From assembly GCA_003215655.1 (NCBI GenBank), contig QCKB01000009.1, positions 33,194 through 57,193 of the forward strand: 24,000 nucleotides of DNA, written 5' to 3'. The notes beneath the pieces were generated by a model that worked only from the letters and a program-made list of their open reading frames with translations, did no database searches and was not told where the DNA came from. The DNA comes from Prochlorococcus sp. AG-409-J16 (GTDB lineage Bacteria > Cyanobacteriota > Cyanobacteriia > PCC-6307 > Cyanobiaceae). Made by a program: the position numbers and the translations under genes. Positions 17,003-24,000 of this stretch are shown one piece after another (position 1 is the stretch's first letter; each line of letters starts with the position of its first letter).

Positions 17003-17186
17003 TCAATAAACACTTCCCCCGCTTCTCCTTGAACCCTCTAATGGGTTTATTTTTCCTATGCCAAGGTTGCAAAGGATCATTACCAACCCTATAAATAGCG
17101 TACAAACCTAACAAAAGGTAACGAGATAACTACAAGTAGTGTTTTGTACCGATGACACTTCACTTGACAATGACTAATGTCGGCGT

Positions 17187-17253
17187 GGCCGGGTGATGGG
17201 GATCAATCGGCCTTTCCGCAAGGGATGCCCCCAATTTGCAACTGGGGGCTTTT
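17187..17253 (+). other. GC-rich structured element (two consecutive hairpins, second terminator-like); possible ncRNA 3' end or leader
   Basis: GGCCG...CGGCC pairing 17187-17191/17208-17212; GCCCCCA aatttgcaac TGGGGGC followed by TTTT, 17227-17253. Confidence 0.4.
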
Positions 17254-17278
17254 ACAAAAAGCCTTTAAATTAAGCCAA

Positions 17279-17452
17279 ATGAACCTTGGACTACTTTTCC
17301 TCGAATCAATCTCTTCAGGAGTGATTACTAAAGAAGAAATGAATTGGGTAACTCACCATCAAAGAAATTTCTCCCGAATTGAAGAAGCCACAGCGATTAA
17401 GCTAGGAAGGATGGTTGATCGTGGAAGCATTCAGCTTGGATGCAGAATATAG
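17279..17452 (+). CDS. small conserved-looking protein, 57 aa
   Basis: MNLGLLFLESISSGVITKEEMNWVTHHQRNFSRIEEATAIKLGRMVDRGSIQLGCRI; the upstream part of the 17177 ORF overlaps structured GC-rich sequence and looks non-coding. Confidence 0.6.
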   Translation: MNLGLLFLESISSGVITKEEMNWVTHHQRNFSRIEEATAIKLGRMVDRGSIQLGCRI

Positions 17453-17624
17453 ACTTCATCGAAAGATCCATTTAAATCTTACATAAATTATTTACGCTCG
17501 TAAGTTCTAGTTCTTTTATTCTGTCAACTACAAATTTAAATATTCATTTATTAAAGTCCCAAAAGCCTTATTATCAATTATTTGAAGTGTTATATCATCT
17601 TCCAAAACAAAATATATTGACAAA

Positions 17625-17656
17625 AAAAATGCCATGAAATAAATCAAGGCATTTTT
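17625..17656 (-). terminator. intrinsic terminator of the 17673..17846 small gene
   Basis: Minus-strand reading: aaaaatgcc ttgatttatttcat ggcatttttttt; 9-bp stem plus T8 tract. Confidence 0.75.
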
Positions 17657-17672
17657 GTAAAAAACAAATTGT

Positions 17673-17846
17673 TCAACCTTTTGGTTTAGTTATGTTGTCC
17701 TTTGCAGTTATATTCATGTTGTCATAATCGGGGCCAACTACTACACCTACTATTGCGAAAAGTGCGATCGAAACGATCCCAACATAAACCGCTGTGGGTG
17801 CTGGTGTGCCTAGAAGCGTTGCAAATGTCAAAGGGAGCATGACCAT
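17673..17846 (-). CDS. small single-TM protein, 57 aa, absent from the ORF track
   Basis: Manual translation: MVMLPLTFATLLGTPAPTAVYVGIVSIALFAIVGVVVGPDYDNMNITAKDNITKPKG*; stop lies about 17 nt before a strong terminator. Confidence 0.6.
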   Translation of the reverse strand: MVMLPLTFATLLGTPAPTAVYVGIVSIALFAIVGVVVGPDYDNMNITAKDNITKPKG

Positions 17847-18214
17847 TAGATAGACCAGCTACTTATATCAGGCAACAAGTAATGAAATGCGATAACTTTT
17901 ACACCTCAATGTATCGAGTGATCGTTTATTACCTTGAAAGCCTTCGGAGTAAACCAAAAGTCAAGAAAATATCCCATCCAGAAAGAAGAATTTTCTAGGT
18001 TATCACCTCCAAGACTCGTTGATATCACTTATTTTTGCAATCACCAATGCTTTTAGTTGTCTTCACTTGACCAACTACTTGGAAATTCCTTCATAAGAGC
18101 GATCGGCTGCTTATATTCAGTAACAAAGTCGAAATCTGTTACCTACTTAAGAAAAAGTCCTCAACCATCAACTTAAGACTTAGAATCAACCACCGGTTCG
18201 AGAAGGCAACGGCA

Positions 18215-19270
18215 ATGACAGCAACAGCTTCTACAGCCCCAGCTAATGGCGTCGATGTTCTTGGCAGAAATGAGCTTCCGCCTCACCTTGATGAGAATCT
18301 TTTAACGCCTCGCTTTTACACAACTGAATTTGACAAAGCTGCAAAAACCGATCTCGAGATAGCACGAGAGGATTTTGAGGCAATGTTTAAAGAGATGGAG
18401 GCTGACTACAACCTGAAGCATTTTGATCGCAAAGCATCCCTAGATCGCCTTGATGAACTATCACCAGAAGATAAATCTATTTATGAGAGTTACTTGGTAC
18501 GTTCTGTTGTATCCGAGTTCTCTGGCTTCTTACTGTTTAAAGAGATTTCAAACCGCTTCAAGAAGTCAGGTCGACAAGAACTAGGTAAGTTTTTCCAATT
18601 TTTAGCTAGGGACGAAGCACGCCATGCTGGATTCCTTGGAAGGGCCCTAAAGGCTGAAGGTATAAATGTTGATTTACCAAATCTAGGGAAGAAAAGAGCT
18701 GCAACATTCTTCCCTCTAAGCTGGGTTTTATACTCATTATATCTCTCTGAAAAAATAGGATATTGGCGCTACATCCTTATTAATCGTCACTTAAAAGCCA
18801 ATCCTGAAAAAGTATGTGCTCCATTATTTGATTTCTTTGAGCCCTGGTGCCAAGACGAGAACCGTCATGGGGACTGTATCAATATGATGATGCGCTGCTG
18901 GCCAGGAATGACAAAAGGTTTTAGAGGGAAATTACTAAGTCGCTTCTTCCTATGGAGTGTTTTCCTTACCCACACTCTTACAGTTTGTGAGCGTGGTGAT
19001 TTCTATAAGTTACTTGGTATTGATCCAGTACTATTTGATGAAGAGGTAATTATTCAAACAAATAACACTACTCGTAATTCCTTCCCATGGGTATATAAGT
19101 TTGATGATGGGAAATTCCTAAAAATGAGAACAGAAATACTTGCAGCTTTCAAGAGTTGGAGAGGAAGTGCTGGATTAGCAAAGCCAGTTGCATTTGGCAA
19201 ATTCGTATCTTTAATCTTAAGACAATTTGCATTACCAATGGAAAAAACCGATGCTGTTCGCTATGGATAA
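18215..19270 (+). CDS. acsF: magnesium-protoporphyrin IX monomethyl ester (oxidative) cyclase, aerobic diiron enzyme
   Basis: LTPRFYTTEFDKAAKTDLEIAREDFEAMFKEMEADYN; diiron EARH motifs (RDEARHAGFLG, DENRHGDC). Confidence 0.97.
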   Translation: MTATASTAPANGVDVLGRNELPPHLDENLLTPRFYTTEFDKAAKTDLEIAREDFEAMFKEMEADYNLKHFDRKASLDRLDELSPEDKSIYESYLVRSVVSEFSGFLLFKEISNRFKKSGRQELGKFFQFLARDEARHAGFLGRALKAEGINVDLPNLGKKRAATFFPLSWVLYSLYLSEKIGYWRYILINRHLKANPEKVCAPLFDFFEPWCQDENRHGDCINMMMRCWPGMTKGFRGKLLSRFFLWSVFLTHTLTVCERGDFYKLLGIDPVLFDEEVIIQTNNTTRNSFPWVYKFDDGKFLKMRTEILAAFKSWRGSAGLAKPVAFGKFVSLILRQFALPMEKTDAVRYG

Positions 19271-19337
19271 ATCACTATCAAGGAAACAATAGAAATATCT
19301 CTAACTAATTATTTCTACTATCTAACAATCTAGGCTT

Positions 19338-19703
19338 TTAAATATCAAAAGGATTGCCTGCTTTTGATTTAACTTCTTCATATGGCTTTCCAAACTGCAT
19401 TTGATAAACCTCATCCTCATCTTGAGTTTCAGCCTCAAGTGGGCCTAGCGCCTTTGCAACGCATAAAAGCGCATAACCTTTATCGCGCATTTCTCTAGAA
19501 AGACCAATCCCTGCAGATTGATCAATCTCACCAGATATAACTCTTACAGCGCATGTAGTACAACATCCATTCCTACAAGAAAACGGCAACTGTTCACCAT
19601 GGGATTCAAAACTACGTAAAATATATTCTCCCTCTGGAACATCAAAGGTAATTGATCTTCCAGACTGTCGATTATGAATAGTGACCTTATGTACTCTTTC
19701 CAT
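19338..19703 (-). CDS. plant-type [2Fe-2S] ferredoxin family protein
   Basis: SCRNGCCTTC (Cx4Cx2C with an extra Cys) and downstream LLCVAKA; 121 aa with C-terminal extension. Confidence 0.9.
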   Translation of the reverse strand: MERVHKVTIHNRQSGRSITFDVPEGEYILRSFESHGEQLPFSCRNGCCTTCAVRVISGEIDQSAGIGLSREMRDKGYALLCVAKALGPLEAETQDEDEVYQMQFGKPYEEVKSKAGNPFDI

Positions 19704-19831
19704 GTAAAGGATCTTAAGTTAAGAGATTTTTTTTTTCAATCAGGTTATAAAAAATTTAAGCACTTTAAATAATAACTACTAATTCAATCCCTTATGAAGG
19801 TTGCCTAAAAACAATCTTTATTTCAACTTGA

Positions 19832-20164
19832 TTACAAACTAATATCCCTAAACTTTGGTCCTGGTGGCAATTCTGTTGCATATTCTCGCAAAAGATCAAT
19901 ATCTAAGTTTATTGTGCTGCTCTTACCGCCAAAACGCAATTTTAACCAATTAATTGCAGTAAGGTCCTCTGCAACAACAGCCTCAAGACCAGCTTTCTCG
20001 CAAGGTAATTCCAATTTTTCCAAAATTTCAGGAGAAAGATACCAAAAAGGAACATCTTCGCCGTTTCGACTCCTTCGTTCACTGACTGTCTCACGTAACT
20101 GCCCATTTCCACTTAACTGACCAACTGGTGCCAAGAGTAAATAAAGAGCTTTAGGCTCTGCCAT
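19832..20164 (-). CDS. conserved cyanobacterial protein of unknown function (listed ORF starts at 20230; ATG at 20164 more likely)
   Basis: MAEPKALYLLLAPVGQLSGNGQLRETVSERRSRNGEDVPFWYLSPEILEKLEL begins with the conserved-looking domain. Confidence 0.7.
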   Translation of the reverse strand: MAEPKALYLLLAPVGQLSGNGQLRETVSERRSRNGEDVPFWYLSPEILEKLELPCEKAGLEAVVAEDLTAINWLKLRFGGKSSTINLDIDLLREYATELPPGPKFRDISL

Positions 20165-20411
20165 AAATGAATGCCTAAGAATAACTATTAGAGGAAGTAT
20201 ACCTATAGGCTCTAATCGATTCCAGCGCAACTGTTCTGAACAACAGCCTGGTTACCTATGAAAGCTCGTCAAGATTTTGAATTACGGAAGGCAAATCTTC
20301 TATTTCCAAAAGCCTCTAAGGAGAAAGCCAATCTAATGAAAAAACACTAGTAGCAATGCCTCGACTAGCTATAAAAATTGCTTTACTCTCAAGCTAATAG
20401 CGAAAAAGAGA

Positions 20412-20597
20412 ATGCACACCAACACCACTGGTTTGGTTCTTAGAGCTGTCCCAGCAGCTATTGGCATTGGTCTTACTTGGCTAGGCATAACTCTTATCAA
20501 AAATGAAAGGGAGCTCCTTTTTAGGCGACTAGAACTTGAATCTGCATTAAAAGAGAAATCAAACGCTGAGCGTAGAAAGCTCCTATTAGGAAACTAA
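20412..20597 (+). CDS. hypothetical small single-TM protein
   Basis: 61 aa; TM near the N-terminus (LVLRAVPAAIGIGLTWLGITLI) followed by a charged helix. Confidence 0.5.
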   Translation: MHTNTTGLVLRAVPAAIGIGLTWLGITLIKNERELLFRRLELESALKEKSNAERRKLLLGN

Positions 20598-20757
20598 ATA
20601 TTCCTTTTCAAAAAATAGAGGCGATGATAAAGCTAATAAACCTGCTTATTTAAACGGACTAAAACCGTATTCCAATTAGAGCTCTTCCTTCGCTTTTACT
20701 GGAAGCTTGGATAGGCAAGACAGGCAAAGCCCTTCTCTTTTAATTACCTAATACCCC

Positions 20758-21126
20758 ATGGACCTAAATGATTCAGCTGTAAGCATTCACCCTTATTACA
20801 AAGTCAACCCAGAAAACTACCAAGCCTTTAAACAACTTGCAGACGATCTCATAGAGACCACTAGAGGAGAAATGGGCTGCTTATATTATGGATTTTCATT
20901 TGCCGAGAATGAAGTCCATTGCCGCGAAGCATACAAAAATGCTGAGACACTATTAGCCCATCTGGACAATGTTGCTGATCTAAGCCAAAGAGCACTCAGT
21001 ATCTCAGAAATTACCCGGCTAGAAATTCATGGACCAGCTTTAGAAATTTCTAAATTACGTGAATTCGAACCAATGCAAAAGCTAAATCCCAAATACTTTG
21101 TTCTGGAAGGAGGTTTTAGAAACTAA
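20758..21126 (+). CDS. putative antibiotic biosynthesis monooxygenase (ABM/dimeric alpha-beta barrel) domain protein
   Basis: YYKVNPENYQAFKQLADDLIETTRGEMGCLYYGFSFAENEVHCREAYKNAETLLAHL pattern typical of ABM-like proteins. Confidence 0.65.
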   Translation: MDLNDSAVSIHPYYKVNPENYQAFKQLADDLIETTRGEMGCLYYGFSFAENEVHCREAYKNAETLLAHLDNVADLSQRALSISEITRLEIHGPALEISKLREFEPMQKLNPKYFVLEGGFRN

Positions 21127-21181
21127 CTTTTATAGCCGTTCCTAAAAAGGAAACAAGCACTTAAATGATTTAATCCCTATA

Positions 21182-21532
21182 GTGTTAGCCATTGTCTATA
21201 AGGTCAAAATTCAAATGTTTCGCAAAGAAGAAAAAAAGGCTCTAACACGACTAGGTCTACTTTCCATTGGCTGGCCTGCTGGCTTAGATAGATTCTATGA
21301 TGGAAAAATCCGCGATGGAATCCTATCGATCATTGGATGGTTATTAGTCTTCGGCAGTATTGTGTTTTTGTCACCTTGCCCAAGCAAATATCAAGGGACA
21401 AGTGAACTAACAACAATGAGTGGTCCAGATCCACTGATTATTCTTCCCTTAGCCTTTGGTGCATATGGAGTTTTTCTGATCATCCGTAAAGGGTTCAGGC
21501 TTCTACGTCAGTTTGAAACAGCAGAGAATTGA
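21182..21532 (+). CDS. TM2-domain-like membrane protein
   Basis: LGLLSIGWPAGLDRFYDGKIRDGILSIIGWLLVFG resembles the TM2 G-DRFY-G motif; 116 aa. Confidence 0.65.
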   Translation: MLAIVYKVKIQMFRKEEKKALTRLGLLSIGWPAGLDRFYDGKIRDGILSIIGWLLVFGSIVFLSPCPSKYQGTSELTTMSGPDPLIILPLAFGAYGVFLIIRKGFRLLRQFETAEN

Positions 21533-21876
21533 GCTTTGTTTTACTGTTAATAGGTTTTTAAAATATCTATTACTTTTAAAAGAGAGACTGTATAAAAGTA
21601 AAATCCATACATCAATAATCAACCTAGGCCTTATTAAAAATATTCATATGATTTACTTTAGAAAAGAGTTTTACAAAGGCATTCAAGCATTGTCTTTATA
21701 AAATATAGTTATAAGAACAGAAGGCTTTAAATCTATACCCCAGAAGGGTCTTCAATCTTTCTCCTAAGCTGTTTTCATTGTCAAGAAAGCTCCTAATCGA
21801 TACTAATCGTTGGGTAAGAAAAATATTAATTAACTCCTAAACCTATTCCGACCAATAAAAAACCTCGCAAATAATG

Positions 21877-21905
21877 CGAGGTTTTAAACAGGTCTAAGCC
21901 TGAAT
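21877..21905 (-). terminator. intrinsic terminator downstream of the first pcb gene
   Basis: aaaacctcgca aataa tgcgaggtttt, 11-bp stem; T-tract on the minus strand; 36 nt after the pcb stop. Confidence 0.8.
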
Positions 21906-21940
21906 CGATCTCTAAGGAAGCCTTAGATAAAGAGGTTTTC

Positions 21941-22990
21941 TTAAGCGTTGTTCAAGTTAATTAAAGCTTGAGGAATACGCCTAAAGTCAAACCCGCTAGC
22001 GCGCAAAGCATGCCATAGATGACCCTGAAGACAGAAAAATGCAAAGTAGTACTGAACATTGACTAAGGCTGCACGAGTTGTGTGGCCAAAGAAGTACTTA
22101 CAATCGGAGACATCGCCTGTATCGACCCAATAAGGGGAGATACCAAACCTTAACTCCAAAGGCTCACCAAACCATTCAGTTGGATAAACAGTTGTGTTTC
22201 CTGCTGCCCAAAAAGCAGCTACTACTCCCATTAAGAACAGACCAGCAAGTGACCAAGAGAGAACGGCTTCAGCTGAGAGAAGGCCAGATCCTTTGAATTT
22301 GGTGTATTCACCAATTTGCCTTGTAGCAATATGCCAGGCTCCACCTGAGATCTGTAAGAAAGCTAAGAATGCATGTCCACTCATGACATCTTCAAGGCTA
22401 TCAATGGTCAAAAAATCAAACTGATGATTAAAGACCATGCCAAAATCTCCATAGCCAGGGAAAACTGTTCTAACAGCCCCTAGTGCTGGATCATAAATGC
22501 CATGAACTCTGGCCCATTCAACGAACCAGATATTCGCAACTCCAAGGAATATCAGATGGTGGCCAAGGATAAAAGTCAAATTGTCTGGGTTATCCCATTC
22601 CAATTTGAACTTGTCCACTCGGCCAATAGGACCGCCCTGTAAGTCTGGATCAAACCACAAGGAGTGAGCTAGCGCAGCTCCTCCATAAACCATGGAAAAG
22701 ATCAAGTGGAAAATTGCGATAGTGGCTACGCCAACTCCTGTCCATACTCCAGCTTCATCAAAGCCAATGCCTATAGAAGCCAAATGGGATAGGTATATCG
22801 AACTCTGGTGTCCCATTGGGACTGAAGGGTCAAAACGAGCAAGTTCCCAAAGGCAACTTGCACCAGTCGCGAAGCAAATAATTCCTGTATGCCCGACATG
22901 CGAGCCAATAAATCGGCCTGCGCGGTTGGTCACCACAGAATTACCAACCCACCACCCGTAATTGACGTCTGGGTTTCCGTAGGTCTGCAT
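21941..22990 (-). CDS. pcb: divinyl chlorophyll a/b light-harvesting protein (Pcb, CP43/IsiA family)
   Basis: MQTYGNPDVNYGWWVGNSVVTNRAGRFIGSHVGHTGIICFATGASCLWELARFDPSVPMGHQ; 349 aa; typical six-TM Pcb pattern. Confidence 0.95.
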   Translation of the reverse strand: MQTYGNPDVNYGWWVGNSVVTNRAGRFIGSHVGHTGIICFATGASCLWELARFDPSVPMGHQSSIYLSHLASIGIGFDEAGVWTGVGVATIAIFHLIFSMVYGGAALAHSLWFDPDLQGGPIGRVDKFKLEWDNPDNLTFILGHHLIFLGVANIWFVEWARVHGIYDPALGAVRTVFPGYGDFGMVFNHQFDFLTIDSLEDVMSGHAFLAFLQISGGAWHIATRQIGEYTKFKGSGLLSAEAVLSWSLAGLFLMGVVAAFWAAGNTTVYPTEWFGEPLELRFGISPYWVDTGDVSDCKYFFGHTTRAALVNVQYYFAFFCLQGHLWHALRASGFDFRRIPQALINLNNA

Positions 22991-23300
22991 AATTTTTAAG
23001 TGATAAAGGCAAAATAGCCTCCGAACCCTACAAGCTGCTCAATTCATATGGTCGGAATAGTTAAAGGTCTTTATTTAGTTTTCAGTCCATAGTCCTAAAT
23101 TCCTCAAAAACCGAGAAGAATTCAAGGCATTACCAAAAGCGGAAACCAGATCAAATACAAGATGTTGCATCGAATTATTCAATTTGAGGTCTATCTATAC
23201 CCAATAAGGCTTTTCTTCTCAACAAAATAAAGCTCCTATCAGAACCCTTTGAAAACTCCATAAATTAATCAACACAATCAGACCTAGATTTGATCTCACA

Positions 23301-23332
23301 AAAAAGCCTCGTTATCACTAACGAGGCTTTTT
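23301..23332 (-). terminator. intrinsic terminator downstream of the second pcb gene
   Basis: aaaaagcctcgtta tcac taacgaggcttttt: 14-bp perfect stem, tetraloop. Confidence 0.88.
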
Positions 23333-23388
23333 GATATCAAACACAAGGTTCAATGAGTTTTATCGAACCATATAGATGTCTAAGAGCT

Positions 23389-24000
23389 TCAGCCCCTGAT
23401 GGTAACTGTAGCGTTCGCATCGTTTCCAATAGAACCACGGACCTTCTTGAAATCAAAGCCAGTTGCACGCAGAGCATGCCATAGGTGACCCTGAATGAAG
23501 AAGAAGCCCAGGTAATAGTGGACATTAGACAAAGCAGCCCTAGTACTGTGCCCCCAGAATGCTGTGCTATCTGAAAGATCGCCAGTATCAATCCAGAATG
23601 GAGAAACAGCAAATTTCAATTGCAATGGTTCGCCGTACCAAGCTTCTGGATAAACAGTGGTATTAGTTGCACACCAGAAGGCTGCAACAATTGCCATCCA
23701 ACCGATGCCAGCTAAAGACCAAGAAAGGACAGCTTCTGCAGAAAGTAATTCTGCTCCTTTGAATTTGCTGAATTCACCTAGGCGCTTGTCTTCCCATGGA
23801 GTTGAGCCCGCAATGATGTGGAATGCGCCTCCTGTTATCTCAGCAAAAGCCAAGAAGGCATGACCACCCATGACATCCTCAAGGCTGTCAATGCTGAGGA
23901 AATCAAACTGCCTTTGCCAAATCATGGAAAGGTCAAGGTTGTAATTAACCTGCCGAACTGCTCCAAGGGCTGGATCATAAATGCCATGAATTCTGGCCCA
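23389..24000 (-). CDS. pcb: second divinyl chlorophyll a/b light-harvesting protein (Pcb), 5' truncated at the window end
   Basis: Frame stays open past the listed Met at 23925 to base 24000 (WARIHGIYDPALGAVRQVNYNLDLSMIWQRQFDF...), closely similar in layout to the 21941..22990 product. Confidence 0.95.
   Translation of the reverse strand, partial: WARIHGIYDPALGAVRQVNYNLDLSMIWQRQFDFLSIDSLEDVMGGHAFLAFAEITGGAFHIIAGSTPWEDKRLGEFSKFKGAELLSAEAVLSWSLAGIGWMAIVAAFWCATNTTVYPEAWYGEPLQLKFAVSPFWIDTGDLSDSTAFWGHSTRAALSNVHYYLGFFFIQGHLWHALRATGFDFKKVRGSIGNDANATVTIRG

Noticed and set aside
17037-17108. Minus-strand frame reading YAIYRVGNDPLQPWHRKNKPIRGF and a weak aaccc/gggtt hairpin
   Set aside because: Only a TTG start, short, no terminator on that strand; too weak to claim.
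18176-18214. ggttcgag sequence upstream of acsF considered as a tRNA T-loop
   Set aside because: No acceptor, D or anticodon stems can be formed around it; no tRNA seen anywhere in the window.
19914-20120. Plus-strand ORF 19914..20120
   Set aside because: Antisense to the conserved-looking 19832..20164 gene.
21513-21701. Plus-strand 62-aa ORF overlapping the end of the TM2-like gene
   Set aside because: AT-rich, Lys/Ile-rich composition typical of non-coding sequence in this genome; starts inside the preceding gene without motif support.
22078-23863. Plus-strand ORFs 22078..22296, 22194..22424, 22692..22961, 23657..23863 and minus-strand 23337..23612
   Set aside because: Antisense or out-of-frame shadows of the two pcb genes.
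1-24000. CRISPR arrays, prophage, transposases, toxin-antitoxin, restriction or other defence genes
   Set aside because: No direct repeat-spacer pattern and no recognisable transposase, integrase, nuclease or toxin motifs in any credible ORF.

Overview
The window reads as a cyanobacterial chromosome segment, most likely low-light-type Prochlorococcus. This is an inference from two divergent pcb antenna genes, compact AT-rich gene order and small lineage-specific proteins. Conserved housekeeping block at ~1-11 kb: truncated class A beta-lactamase-like protein, chlI, ruvC, 5-formyl-THF cyclo-ligase, sufE, homoserine dehydrogenase, peptide-type ABC binding lipoprotein plus permease, exported alpha/beta hydrolase, MFS transporter. 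At ~11-18 kb lies a sparse region rich in small, mostly membrane proteins: DUF2834-like, pentapeptide repeat, a PsbF-like protein, SemiSWEET and several unknowns. After that come acsF, a 2Fe-2S ferredoxin, small conserved proteins and two reverse-strand pcb genes, the second truncated by the window end. The most notable observation is a 100-aa protein (13601..13903) whose C-terminal third closely resembles cytochrome b559 beta (PsbF) but has Asn in place of the heme-ligating His and carries an extra N-terminal membrane segment. Below the 60-aa cutoff of the ORF track I also found: an 80-aa-class ORF with no ATG/GTG/TTG start (5278..5523), a 59-aa ORF convergent with the PsbF-like gene and apparently sharing a bidirectional terminator with it, a 57-aa reverse-strand ORF followed by a good terminator, and a 48-aa ORF apparently shifted at an A6 run. 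No CRISPR, rRNA, tRNA, prophage or transposon was recognised. All homology statements come from motif recognition by eye, not database searches.
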